Positions 41,622 through 51,324 of a DNA stretch of 64,000 nt are shown in pieces. The DNA is from Tubiluchus corallicola (Eukaryota > Animalia > Priapulida): the NCBI GenBank assembly GCA_030141605.1, contig JAQGDQ010002385.1, forward strand, positions 1-64,000, written 5' to 3'. The notes beneath the pieces were generated by a model. It saw nothing but the letters and a program-made list of their open reading frames with translations. It was not told the origin of the DNA and searched no databases. Numbering within the stretch: the first letter of the stretch is position 1; each line of letters begins with the position of its first letter. Both the position numbers and the translations under genes were made by a program.

Positions 41622-42620
41622 TTATAATTTTATCGGCTTCTCGCAAGTCAACTGGCAAGTGTAGCCCTCATTTGCAAATTGATGAGAAACCGAAACGGCA
41701 ATCCATTCACCATCTACTTTTTTACTTAGATTGTTTACAAATACACGCGCTTCAGCAGAGATGGTTGGATCACCTACAATGGTTAAATACAGCTTTTCCT
41801 TTCCGTTCATAACTTCTTCAAGTTTGGCCTCGGCTGCCTTTAAAGCTCTGTCCTTGGTGGCGTAGGTATGCCGCATTGAAAAAGCAGGCTCTTCACTTCC
41901 TGCCTCAACTTTTTCTTCTTTACCTGTTTTGAAATTGTGCCACTTCGCAATGACTTTTCCGTATTTCCCACGCTCCGCCAAGTTCATGGAAAACGTTGAA
42001 ACATTCTGTGGTTTCAGCTCCACGATCGGCATGGACGCACCGGTTAAGGTTGTTGCTCTTTTCTTTCTTGAAAAAATAAGCAAGCCGTTAGCCGGTTTTA
42101 CAAAAGCCCCGAAGTCCTGTGCCAATCTTTGCAAGAACGCAATATCGCTCTCATCCGTTTGATCCATGTGGCCAAGGTAGATTTTATCAAAGGCAGTATC
42201 GATCAAAGCGTCATCAAAAGCATGCTCCTTGGCGATTGTTGTGATAACTCCGATCAAGGTGTGTTTATGCCAAGACCTTGATTTTGGGGCGGTCATTGCA
42301 CTGAAACTGTCCTTCATCTTTGTGTTGGAAGCCTTGGCAGTAATTCGCATCTGCCTTGGCATGCCCGAACACTCAACCTCATCAACAACATACAGCCCCA
42401 TTTTATAAAGTCCTGTATCTTCATAACCGAGGGAGATTTCAAGCTCCGCCCCACGCGATGGTATCTCGAGCTTATCGTCACGATCATCAAGCAAGATTTC
42501 TGCTTTATCTGAAATCAGCCCTGTCTCATCAGTGATACTGATTGAAGCAAGGCGGTTCGTTAAGGTTTCGGTAATATCAGCCTTGTCAGCAAGTATTTTG
42601 AAAATAGGCTTCATGACCAC
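41622..42620 (-). CDS. Late control/baseplate hub protein (P2 gpD-like)
   Basis: RLASISITDE.G..SD, LGYE, DQTDESDIAFLQRLA. Confidence 0.9.
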   Translation of the reverse strand: MVMKPIFKILADKADITETLTNRLASISITDETGLISDKAEILLDDRDDKLEIPSRGAELEISLGYEDTGLYKMGLYVVDEVECSGMPRQMRITAKASNTKMKDSFSAMTAPKSRSWHKHTLIGVITTIAKEHAFDDALIDTAFDKIYLGHMDQTDESDIAFLQRLAQDFGAFVKPANGLLIFSRKKRATTLTGASMPIVELKPQNVSTFSMNLAERGKYGKVIAKWHNFKTGKEEKVEAGSEEPAFSMRHTYATKDRALKAAEAKLEEVMNGKEKLYLTIVGDPTISAEARVFVNNLSKKVDGEWIAVSVSHQFANEGYTCQLTCEKPIKL

Positions 42621-42817
42621 AGCCTCACAGTTTCTTGATTTTTCTGCGTGTTTATTTCAGGTAGGACGATCTCGATACCGGCTTCCAAGACGGCATCATA
42701 GTTTTCAAGGTGACGATTGTTTTCTAAAACCTTTTCAACTGTGCCGTTTGTGTGGCCGTAGTGCTTCCAGCAGATATAATCCAATGTGTCACCATCTTTT
42801 GTTTTATAAACAATCAT
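42611..42817 (-). CDS. Tail protein X (LysM-like)
   Basis: YKTKDGDTLDYICWKHYG...LP...VRLWS. Confidence 0.9.
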   Translation of the reverse strand: MIVYKTKDGDTLDYICWKHYGHTNGTVEKVLENNRHLENYDAVLEAGIEIVLPEINTQKNQETVRLWS

Positions 42818-43317
42818 GAGCTACCCACCACGTTTTGAATGATCCCTTTAATTCCGCGTTCTTTATCTTCTCCATACTTTTTTAAAGTCATGGTAAATTC
42901 GATCTTGCGAGGTGATCCGTCTTTTAAAAAGACAGATTGGTTTTCAGAGACAGTGGCTATGCACCACTTACCGAATGCAAACCCGTTTCCCGAAATGAGC
43001 ATGAGTGGTGTACCAAGACCAGCCTCAGCACGCATCAATGTCACTTGACGCAGTCCTCCTTTAAATTGAGGATAGATAACACCTTCAAGCTCGATTGTTT
43101 CTACGCCTTTACCTGTAAACTGCAAGGCAGGCTCTGCACCGATACGGCCCACTTCCTGCCACTTATATTCCGTTTGCCTTTTCAGGCTTTGATATGAGGC
43201 ATTGGACACACAAAACCGATACACACCAAGGATCAACATCATATTGACCCCAAGCATAGAATTCAGGTTCAGCTTCCCGCCGAAAGATTTTGTTAAGTCA
43301 CCGAATGAACTAATCAT
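42814..43317 (-). CDS. P2 GpU-like tail tube initiator
   Basis: LGVYRF, QFTGKG.ETIEL.G, G.W.I, RKIEF.M.L. Confidence 0.88.
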   Translation of the reverse strand: MISSFGDLTKSFGGKLNLNSMLGVNMMLILGVYRFCVSNASYQSLKRQTEYKWQEVGRIGAEPALQFTGKGVETIELEGVIYPQFKGGLRQVTLMRAEAGLGTPLMLISGNGFAFGKWCIATVSENQSVFLKDGSPRKIEFTMTLKKYGEDKERGIKGIIQNVVGSS

Positions 43318-45751
43318 AATTTGCTGCTCTCTTCCTTGAGTTAGCTTCACGCATGGCTTCTTTCAAAGCGATCTTAACCTGCTGTGCGATCTTCTTTTCG
43401 CTCATGCCTTCGCTTGCATTAATAGTAATGGGAGCTTCAACCGTAATATTGGTATTTCCCCCGACATAGTTTCCCTGAGCTGTTGGCAAAGTTGTGATAT
43501 TAGGAGCCTCAACTTGATGAAAGTCGGCTTCCATATCTTTGGCAACTCTACCGATTTCAGGCGGTTTATTATCATTGGCTGCTTGCGGATTTTCTTTTGC
43601 CTCCTCGTCATCATCGCCGAACGCCCAGTTCCAAGCCTTACCAACCAAGCTGTCACTGATCCATTCTTTGATGCCTTTGAAAATATCTTTTGCCTTTTCC
43701 CAAAGGGTTCCGACCCATCCGAAAACATTCTTGAAAACTGCAATCACGGGGGCGAATAACTTGCCAAAGAATTTTGAAATCGGCTTCCAGTAATAGATAA
43801 TCAACCCTGCACCAGCCGCAATCGCCCCGATAATCAATCCAATAGGCGACATTAAGAAGGCAAGGTTCATTCCTTTAACTGCAGTTATCACAGCAGGAAT
43901 TGCACCGGCTGCAACACGCCATAAGCCCTTACCGAATGAAAGAAGGCTTGTCAGGATGCCGCCGAAACGAACACCTGCCATGGTAACTTTCATCAAGGTT
44001 AAAGCTGTTCTAAAGCCTATGACAGCGGCCTTTGCAGATAAGAAGCCACCTTTAAGGAATGTCCAAGCATATCCCATGCCGATTGCAGCAATCTTAAAGC
44101 TGATCAATCCGGCAACAGCAAGCCCGATTACTTTTGTTGCAAACGGGAATTTATCCGCCATTGCGCTGATCCAGCTTGCAACCTTAGCAGCTCCCAAAGC
44201 AATATCTCTAAAGGCAGGAAGTAGAACACTACCGATAGATATTCCAACGCTTTCCATTGCTGATCCGAACTGTTTGAAAGCCCCGATCGTTGTGTTTTTT
44301 AAGCGATCAGCCATTTCCTTGGCTGCACCATCTGCGTTCTTGACCTTATCGTAAACTTCATCCAAACGACCTGTTTCAATGCTTTTTAAGATTGCCAAAG
44401 CGCCGGAAGCAGCACGTGTTCCGAAGATATCCTTAATTGTAGAAAGCTTCTCCTGATCGTTGGCATCCTTTAAGGCAACAGACATATCTTTTAGGATATC
44501 TACCATGGAGCGCATCTTGCCGCCCTTGAAGATTTCAACTCCCATACCGGAAAGGCGCTTTTGTGCCAACAGAGCTTCTTTGGCCACATCCGGCATTTCT
44601 TCTGCTGAAATGCCCATTTCTTCACGCATCTTGCCCAAGGCTTTTGCACCTGCTTTTGCAGGGGCAGCCAGTCTTAAGTAAGCTGAACGAAGCATGGTTC
44701 CTGCCATGGTTGCCTGAATACCGGCATCCCCCAAAACACCTGCAATAGACGCGGTTTCCTGTAAAGTTCCACCAACCGCAGCCGCAGCAGGAGCAACATA
44801 TTTCATGGTTTGCCCTAGCATCTCTACGTCTACGTTAGCCGTTCTTGATGCCTGAGCCAAAACGTCAGCCACTTCACCAGTGCGAGAGGCTTCCATGTTA
44901 AAGCCGGATAAGATATTGGAAGCAATGTCGGCAGCTCTTCCCAAATCCATATCAGCAGCAATCGCCATGTTCAGAACATGAGGCGTTGCTTCTAATATTT
45001 GATTGGTCTTCATACCGGTCATTCCAAGATACTGCATGGCTTGACCGGATTGTGCTGCCGTATATTGAGTGGTTCTTCCTAAATCTCTAGTTTTATCAGT
45101 AAGAGCCTTAAAACCATCGCTATCTGCTGCCTCATTGGTGATCGCACCAACTTTTGCCATAGCCATTTCAAAATCTACAGCCGGACGGATAGCGCCATAC
45201 AAAGCACCACCCAGAGCTACAGCATCCATCATTTGTGATCGATAACCGGCACGAGCTGACATATTGGCATCTTTGGCATTTTGAATGCCTGCCAGTGATG
45301 CCTGACGCTTTCTTAATGTCGCAAGGCTCTTCCCAAGTTTAGTCTGAGCTGATGATAGATTTTTTGTATCAATGCCTGCTTTACGAAGAGCTTCACCCAT
45401 TTGACGGGTAGCATCTTTGGTTTGCAGGAATTCGGTCTTTGCCAAACGAGCCGCATTCTTTGCCTTACGGAAGTTATTTTGAAGCGTCTTGCTTGGAGCA
45501 TCTGTTTTACGGATTTCCCTTGCAAGCTTGCCAACTTCCGCTTGAGCTTTTCGCCAAGCCTGATTAGCTTGAACCGTTGCAGAACGAGACTTCTTAAATC
45601 CGTCAATTGTAGAAGCCTGTGCATCAAACTTCTTGATGGCATTACCAAGTGCTCCAAGCTGTTTATTTGCAGACCCGAAAGCTCCTCTGAAACTACTTCC
45701 CAGATTTGCGCCGATTGCTATTGATACTGATGCTTTTGTAGGACTTGCCAT
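43310..45751 (-). CDS. Tail tape measure protein
   Basis: 813 aa helical protein with TP901-type core (DFE.AM..V, MKYVAP, AGTMLR). Confidence 0.95.
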   Translation of the reverse strand: MASPTKASVSIAIGANLGSSFRGAFGSANKQLGALGNAIKKFDAQASTIDGFKKSRSATVQANQAWRKAQAEVGKLAREIRKTDAPSKTLQNNFRKAKNAARLAKTEFLQTKDATRQMGEALRKAGIDTKNLSSAQTKLGKSLATLRKRQASLAGIQNAKDANMSARAGYRSQMMDAVALGGALYGAIRPAVDFEMAMAKVGAITNEAADSDGFKALTDKTRDLGRTTQYTAAQSGQAMQYLGMTGMKTNQILEATPHVLNMAIAADMDLGRAADIASNILSGFNMEASRTGEVADVLAQASRTANVDVEMLGQTMKYVAPAAAAVGGTLQETASIAGVLGDAGIQATMAGTMLRSAYLRLAAPAKAGAKALGKMREEMGISAEEMPDVAKEALLAQKRLSGMGVEIFKGGKMRSMVDILKDMSVALKDANDQEKLSTIKDIFGTRAASGALAILKSIETGRLDEVYDKVKNADGAAKEMADRLKNTTIGAFKQFGSAMESVGISIGSVLLPAFRDIALGAAKVASWISAMADKFPFATKVIGLAVAGLISFKIAAIGMGYAWTFLKGGFLSAKAAVIGFRTALTLMKVTMAGVRFGGILTSLLSFGKGLWRVAAGAIPAVITAVKGMNLAFLMSPIGLIIGAIAAGAGLIIYYWKPISKFFGKLFAPVIAVFKNVFGWVGTLWEKAKDIFKGIKEWISDSLVGKAWNWAFGDDDEEAKENPQAANDNKPPEIGRVAKDMEADFHQVEAPNITTLPTAQGNYVGGNTNITVEAPITINASEGMSEKKIAQQVKIALKEAMREANSRKRAANYD

Positions 45752-45756
45752 GTCAG

Positions 45757-45915
45757 TTACTCTTTATTGATCTCTTTTTGAACGGAAAGAGCCGTGTCAT
45801 ACCACTCAGCAAAGTCCTCCTCATACATTTCAAGGATTTCGTTTAAGCTCCAGTGAGTTATTTTTGAGAGGATGACAACGGCTCGTTTGATATCCCCTCG
45901 TGTTTGAAAAAACCC
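45757..45915 (-). CDS. GpE'-like -1 frameshift extension of the tail assembly chaperone
   Basis: -1 frame after G GGT TTT reads FFQTRGDIKRAVVILSKITHWSLNEILEMYEEDFAEWYD...KE* (HWS..EI..M GpE motif). Confidence 0.85.
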   Translation of the reverse strand, partial: GFFQTRGDIKRAVVILSKITHWSLNEILEMYEEDFAEWYDTALSVQKEINKE

Positions 45916-46142
45916 ATATAGGTTTCCGAAAGTTGTTTGTAATCAACTTCATCCAGCTCCTCAATTACAGTGGGGGCTACTTCACAAAGATTGGCAAAGA
46001 AGCGGATCTCCTTTTCTTCATCACTTGCGTTTTTCATTTTTGAAACAATAAGCCGATCTTTAACTTTTGAACGCCTGATTGTCAGGCTTGAATGTGTTTC
46101 ACCGTTTATTTCAACAGGAAATGTAAGATTGATTGTGTGCAT
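45858..46142 (-). CDS. Tail assembly chaperone (GpE-like)
   Basis: L.FPV....LTIRR.KV.D...ANLC...ELD..DY; between tube and tape measure. Confidence 0.9.
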   Translation of the reverse strand: MHTINLTFPVEINGETHSSLTIRRSKVKDRLIVSKMKNASDEEKEIRFFANLCEVAPTVIEELDEVDYKQLSETYMGFFKHEGISNEPLSSSQK

Positions 46143-46151
46143 ATTTACCTC

Positions 46152-46652
46152 CTATAATCCTAATGCGTCACGCACAGCCGCCATCTTGTCTTCACCGGCA
46201 ATGATGCGTGTCATGTTATCAATATCGACTTCAATTAAGCTTTCGCCGTCCATTTCAAGGGAGTAATAGCGAGCTGCCAATGTGCAAGCCAAAGTGCCTT
46301 TTTCACCGGCACCGAACTTACCCATATCCATTTCTGTATACATCCCACGTAGTTTAATCACGATCGGTGATGTGGTTACATCATCCTGCATTGCTCCTCT
46401 GAGTGTGACCTGAACGGCATTCCCACTGATCAGACCGAACTGCTTCAAGACTTCCTTGTCATATTCTGCCAGCGTAAAAGAAGCCTCGAGCTTTTCCATT
46501 CCCATATCAATGGTTGCCGGAGCATCCATGCCACCCCCTCGGAATTCCTCGGTTTTGATGGTTAGTTTGGGAGGGTTGACTTCTTCGACCCTGCCGACAT
46601 AGCCACGCCCGTCCACAAACAAGTTAAAGTTTTTAAGTATTTTAGGTATCAT
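46152..46652 (-). CDS. Major tail tube protein (P2 FII-like)
   Basis: LKNFNLFVDG.GY.G, EEFRGGGM, R.ALGL. Confidence 0.95.
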   Translation of the reverse strand: MIPKILKNFNLFVDGRGYVGRVEEVNPPKLTIKTEEFRGGGMDAPATIDMGMEKLEASFTLAEYDKEVLKQFGLISGNAVQVTLRGAMQDDVTTSPIVIKLRGMYTEMDMGKFGAGEKGTLACTLAARYYSLEMDGESLIEVDIDNMTRIIAGEDKMAAVRDALGL

Positions 46653-46670
46653 TGTTGGCTCTCCTTTGGT

Positions 46671-48086
46671 TTATTGAAAGATTTCTTCTAGGTAGTCATC
46701 GATCATGCGAGAGCGGAATGTGATATGCTCTGCAGGATAAGGTGGTGTAAAGTCAAAGTCGAAAGAGACCTTGCCTTGTGAGATTTGATCCGGTGTATTT
46801 AATTCAGGATCAGCCCAACACTTACCTCCAATGATTGCCCCGATTGCTTTGAGATAGCGAAGGTAGTTGTTCACACCTTCTGTTACGTCCTCAACATAAG
46901 TCTTAGTGATATTGCGATCGACTGCCCATAAATGAGCCTTAAGCAGGCTGTCATTGATCATATCAGCCGTTCTGCGGACAGATATGAACATCCACTTCGG
47001 ATCAGCTGAAGTTGTTCGATTGCCCCACAAACGATAGCCGTCCTGTTGAATAACAGTTGCCACTTCATTTTCATTAAGATAATTAGCAACGCAATTGGCA
47101 TCCCCAAGCGTGAAATCAATAGGCTTGGATAGACCGACAATGCCGTTGATCGTCATGTTTGAAGGTGACCACCAGAAGCCGCGTTCGTTGTCAGACTTGG
47201 CAATCAATCCTGCAATACGGGCAGATAACGGATGTTCATCAATAGTATCAGTTTTGGCATTATAGACCTTTGCCCAAGGATAGGCCGTATAAAGACGTGC
47301 TGATCCCCAATCTTCACGATAAGTAATAGCTTCTTCCTTTGTACCGTTCGGACAGTCCGCAATGATCACTGCACGCATACGTTCTGCAATTCCCATTAAT
47401 TCCGCAACAACTGGATTTGCCAATCCACTTGGGCGATCGTGTGTAAAGCCCGGTGCTATTAAAATACGAGGCTGAACTTTAGCTTCTGATTGAGAGGCTA
47501 ATAAGCATTGAACGCCTTTATAAGCTCCGGTTGTGCCGTCAACACCGCCGATAACATCTCCGCTTGTAACCTTTGTACCGTCCAAATATTTATAAGACAC
47601 ATTTACACTTGCACCTGCAGTGATAGCACCGCCGTCAATGCGGGTAATTACACCGCTTGCATGATCCACTGTGTAATCTGTGTTTTCTGTGTAAACAGAG
47701 CTGTCCGACGGGTTGATCACGGATACATCTGAAATTGTGTAATGTTCTAAATCGATTAAATCCTTCTCATCAAAGCTGTGCGAGGCAGCACTTACTTGTG
47801 TTTGATGTGTGGCATCACTTGGATCGGCCACGTTGATCACCACAACCATGGCTCCTGCCTGATCGAAGATCGCATCAAGTGCATCAGGTATGGTAAAGCC
47901 GGCAGTTGGTTCCCCGAATAGCTTCACAGCTTCCGTTCTTGATCCCAAGATTAAAGTTGGTTTATTAACAGGCCCCTTCGGAGCTGTTCCGACAAGCCCG
48001 ATAACTGAGGACTTGACCGTTTGTATTGGACGTGCTCCGTCATCGATTTCGATAACTTCTACACCATGTAAAAAATGATCCGGCAT
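46671..48086 (-). CDS. Tail sheath protein (P2 FI-like) with inserted domain
   Basis: FLHGVEV, IGLVGTAP, GFWWSPSN, GYRLWGNRT, FTPPYPAEHI. Confidence 0.96.
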   Translation of the reverse strand: MPDHFLHGVEVIEIDDGARPIQTVKSSVIGLVGTAPKGPVNKPTLILGSRTEAVKLFGEPTAGFTIPDALDAIFDQAGAMVVVINVADPSDATHQTQVSAASHSFDEKDLIDLEHYTISDVSVINPSDSSVYTENTDYTVDHASGVITRIDGGAITAGASVNVSYKYLDGTKVTSGDVIGGVDGTTGAYKGVQCLLASQSEAKVQPRILIAPGFTHDRPSGLANPVVAELMGIAERMRAVIIADCPNGTKEEAITYREDWGSARLYTAYPWAKVYNAKTDTIDEHPLSARIAGLIAKSDNERGFWWSPSNMTINGIVGLSKPIDFTLGDANCVANYLNENEVATVIQQDGYRLWGNRTTSADPKWMFISVRRTADMINDSLLKAHLWAVDRNITKTYVEDVTEGVNNYLRYLKAIGAIIGGKCWADPELNTPDQISQGKVSFDFDFTPPYPAEHITFRSRMIDDYLEEIFQ

Positions 48087-48111
48087 GTTATTTCTCCTTT
48101 GTTATTGCATT

Positions 48112-48136
48112 AAAAAAGCCCCAGATTAAGGGGCTT
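48112..48136 (-). terminator. Intrinsic terminator after the fibre genes
   Basis: AAGCCCC-7 nt-GGGGCTT stem with a T run on the minus strand. Confidence 0.65.
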
Positions 48137-48138
48137 GG

Positions 48139-48882
48139 TTAGTATTTTATGATCCATGTTAACGCTAGCCACGGGGGCATGTTGTTATGGGGTATATCCG
48201 CTCCTTCATAGTCCGTCCATCTGTCAGGATATGTACCATCACTTGCTCCATTAGGTCCGTCATTTGATGAGCCGGCATCAGATAAGATTGTTCCCATATA
48301 ATGTCTATGCTTAGGCAATTCCTCTATGCTTAGCTTATGTTTTTCTTCTCCGGCAGTGCTTCCGAGAATTCGGTTTGTTAATCCTGCCCCTTGATCGGCT
48401 CCAAGAATAAAACGGCTTCTTGCATCAGGAATTGTTAGCTTTTTCCAAGCACCCCAATCTTCAAGTGCAGAACTTCCGCGTCCGCCATCAACAGAATTCT
48501 GCTCGTCACTAATGTTATTCCAAAGGAATTCATATAGAGTTTTGTATTCATCTCCCATCTTATCTGCGCTTGAACCAAGAGAGCCAATCGTTTGACCGTT
48601 TAGCAGAAGAAAGCCTTCGGGTGGTGTTTGTCCTGCATAGGAAAAGACAACGCCTGTTGGGCAAGCAGTTAAAAATATATCTTGGGCAGATATTTTTGAT
48701 AAAACTGTTTCCTTTGAAACATTGCTTAAATCTTCACGGGCAAGAGGAAAACCTCCATTTGTAATACCATCGTGAACGACAAGAGTTTTCTTTGTGGTAT
48801 CCACCGTGATTTCACGATTGGCTCCCACAAAGGTCTCATGCTGAACGGTTGTTCCTCCGCGTCTTTGTACTTGTACTGCCAT
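48139..48882 (-). CDS. Tail fibre: Mtd_N-like N-terminus plus tail-collar domain
   Basis: Probable start 48882: VQRRGGTT...EITVDT.K..LVVHDG..GGFPLA; collar P.G.V..YAG..PP.GFL..NG, IPD.R.RF; tip HNNMPP..L.WIIKY. Confidence 0.8.
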   Translation of the reverse strand: MAVQVQRRGGTTVQHETFVGANREITVDTTKKTLVVHDGITNGGFPLAREDLSNVSKETVLSKISAQDIFLTACPTGVVFSYAGQTPPEGFLLLNGQTIGSLGSSADKMGDEYKTLYEFLWNNISDEQNSVDGGRGSSALEDWGAWKKLTIPDARSRFILGADQGAGLTNRILGSTAGEEKHKLSIEELPKHRHYMGTILSDAGSSNDGPNGASDGTYPDRWTDYEGADIPHNNMPPWLALTWIIKY

Positions 48883-48883
48883 T

Positions 48884-49258
48884 TTATAATCCCAGTTCTG
48901 TTTTCTTGTCTTTACCTTCCTGAACGATTCCATCAACAAAAGAGCTATATTCCGCATCTCCTGTACGAAGGGCTTTGAGTTCATCGTTCAAGTTGTACTT
49001 TTCACGGATTTTATAAATGGTTTCTTCATCAATCCGCTTACATACATGACTTTCTTTTTTGATAAGCTCTTTTAAAATCAAGCCGTCTTCCGTTGTTAGA
49101 TCGAGAGCTTCAAAGTCTTCAGAAAACACAACACTGTCCGTTGCAGACAAATATTGATTTCCTTCGATTACCCCAAGATCGATAATTGTTTCTTCTCCTG
49201 ATGTTTGTGGAAAAGCAGGTTTTAAGGTCGCTTCAAAGCGATATATTTTATTTGTCAT
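48884..49258 (-). CDS. Putative tail fibre assembly/accessory protein
   Basis: Follows the RCC1 protein; IREKY..NDE....KTELGL; AGGAG RBS. Confidence 0.5.
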   Translation of the reverse strand: MTNKIYRFEATLKPAFPQTSGEETIIDLGVIEGNQYLSATDSVVFSEDFEALDLTTEDGLILKELIKKESHVCKRIDEETIYKIREKYNLNDELKALRTGDAEYSSFVDGIVQEGKDKKTELGL

Positions 49259-49288
49259 TTTAGATCTCCTGTTTGGTGGGGCTAGCCC

Positions 49289-50980
49289 CTAAAATAGCAT
49301 TGTGTAAAGAGCGTCGTTTCTATGCAGATTGGCAGATTGCGTTCCGCACTGGCCATAAGTGTTATGTCCTGAAGACAGAACACGACCGTCTTCGGTTAAG
49401 GCATAAAGCGTTCCTTCCGAAGAATTTCCTGCAAAAACAGCGTCGATTATCCTGATGAAAGGACTTTCAAGAGGATTTTTTATGCGTGTAAATACAGGGT
49501 TTTCAGCAGTAAAAGCATTTCCGATTCCAAGCTGACCGTTACCGTTATAACCAACACCCCACAATCTTCCTTCCTTATCAATGATAACTATTTGTCCGTA
49601 TGAATAACTGCCTCCCAAGATAACCTTGTCAATATTACCCTGAAACAATGCATTTATTTTCAAAGGAGCATTACGGTGAGTTGTATCTCCATGACCGAGA
49701 ACACCGTAGCTATTGAATCCCCAAGTCCAGAGTTCGTCGTTAATATCAAGAGCGACGCTATATCCGTAAAATCCTCCTCCTGCATAAACATTCTTGATGA
49801 CAGGCAAACTGCCGCTTATAAGGGTAAAGCTTGTACGGTTTGTGGTATCGCCGACACCAAGCTGTCCGTACCCGTTATCACCTGCGGAATAAACCGTTCC
49901 ATCATTAAGAAGCACCAATACGTGGGTATTAACCTGAGCTCCTCCATCAGTAGCATCTCCTGCATTTGCAAAAACCTGTTTTACATTCGAAAGGTTTGTA
50001 ACCTTGGTCGGGCTGTAACGATGTGTCGTATCGCCCTGTCCGAGTTGCCCCTGCGTATTATATCCCCAAGCCCAGAGTTCATCATTTCCATCAATAGCAA
50101 AAACGGAAGTATAGTTTGAAGTGCTCACAGAGACCTGTTTTACTCCGGTTAAGTTTCCACATCTGACAGGAACGTAGCTTACCGTTGTTGTTCCGTTTCC
50201 AAGCTGTCCATAAGCATTGTATCCGCAGGCATAAAGCTCGCCTGTTGTTGAAATGAAGTAAACTGTTGAAGCACTCCATACACAGTCAGTAGCACAGATG
50301 ATTTCCTTAATCTGAATGCCGTTATCAACAAACCAGTCAATTCTTATTGCATGATGACGGTTTAATGTATCACCGTGTCCCAGAACGCCCTGTTCATTAT
50401 GTCCCCATGAATAAACCTGTCCGTCTTCTGTCAAGGCAAAGAAACTCGCATAGTTTCTGTAAATTGCCTTAAAAGGTGCAGTAGGTGGTTTATCAGGATT
50501 AACAGGAACAGTTTGTGGTAAATATGTATGGTGATTATTTGTATCGGCATTTGAGTAATTCAACGCACGACCGATTGCTCTCATTGTGCCGTCATTCATC
50601 AAAAATGCGGCAACGTGCTGATTACCATAATTTCCTCCTTGCATAAGTTTTTTTACGGTCATTCCTGGACGACTTTCTTGGCTTCCCCAAGCAGGCAAAC
50701 CGTTTTTGATACGAAGAAAAGAGTTTTCAGCACCTGCATTAAGAGCAACGGACTCTGTGCCGTTATGAATAACAATATCACCAATCTGTGAGAGCTGATC
50801 CGTTCCTGCTGCAAATAAATTCCAGTAGAATGGATCAGTCGGCGGATATCCCATGCCGTTCTGCACGCAGATGTATGTGCTTCCTGAAAAGCTGACTAAA
50901 TCATCCTTTTCATATGCTTCGGCAGGATTGTAAGCTCCTTTCCATACCAGTTTTATTTTTCCAAGATTAAGAGTTGTCAT
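49289..50980 (-). CDS. RCC1-repeat beta-propeller fibre/receptor-binding protein
   Basis: Repeated G.vy.WG.N..GqLG.GdT units; N-terminal NLGKIK..WKGAY...Y..DD.V module. Confidence 0.85.
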   Translation of the reverse strand: MTTLNLGKIKLVWKGAYNPAEAYEKDDLVSFSGSTYICVQNGMGYPPTDPFYWNLFAAGTDQLSQIGDIVIHNGTESVALNAGAENSFLRIKNGLPAWGSQESRPGMTVKKLMQGGNYGNQHVAAFLMNDGTMRAIGRALNYSNADTNNHHTYLPQTVPVNPDKPPTAPFKAIYRNYASFFALTEDGQVYSWGHNEQGVLGHGDTLNRHHAIRIDWFVDNGIQIKEIICATDCVWSASTVYFISTTGELYACGYNAYGQLGNGTTTVSYVPVRCGNLTGVKQVSVSTSNYTSVFAIDGNDELWAWGYNTQGQLGQGDTTHRYSPTKVTNLSNVKQVFANAGDATDGGAQVNTHVLVLLNDGTVYSAGDNGYGQLGVGDTTNRTSFTLISGSLPVIKNVYAGGGFYGYSVALDINDELWTWGFNSYGVLGHGDTTHRNAPLKINALFQGNIDKVILGGSYSYGQIVIIDKEGRLWGVGYNGNGQLGIGNAFTAENPVFTRIKNPLESPFIRIIDAVFAGNSSEGTLYALTEDGRVLSSGHNTYGQCGTQSANLHRNDALYTMLF

Positions 50981-50991
50981 GTTTTTCTCCT

Positions 50992-51324
50992 TTATAAAAT
51001 TGCGATAAGTTCGCCATTATTGTTGATGTTGAATGAAATGCTTGTTCCTGCCAAAAACCAGTCTATATAATCCTTTGCATTGAAATCCCCGTCTCCCGTA
51101 TCAAGAAAAAGATTGCCGATTGCGTCCAAGCGAAATCCGTGAAATACGGTAGCTCTTGTTACATTGCTTAAATCCTCCCTTGCCAGAGGAAAGCCACCGG
51201 GCGTTACACCGTCATGAACAACAACGGTTTTTTTATCCGTATCAATGGTAGTTTCCCTTGATGCTCCGACAAAAGAATCATGTTCATCGGTTGTTCCGCC
51301 TCTGCGTTTTACTACTGTTGTCAT
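50992..51324 (-). CDS. Small fibre adaptor with Mtd_N-like domain
   Basis: VKRRGGTT..H..FVGA.RE..IDT.K..VVVHDG..GGFPLARED, homologous to the N-terminus of 48139-48882. Confidence 0.75.
   Translation of the reverse strand: MTTVVKRRGGTTDEHDSFVGASRETTIDTDKKTVVVHDGVTPGGFPLAREDLSNVTRATVFHGFRLDAIGNLFLDTGDGDFNAKDYIDWFLAGTSISFNINNNGELIAIL

Noticed and set aside
49278-49289. GGGGCTAGCCCC palindrome after the RCC1 gene
   Set aside because: Too short, no U-tract and no second copy noticed to suggest an inversion site
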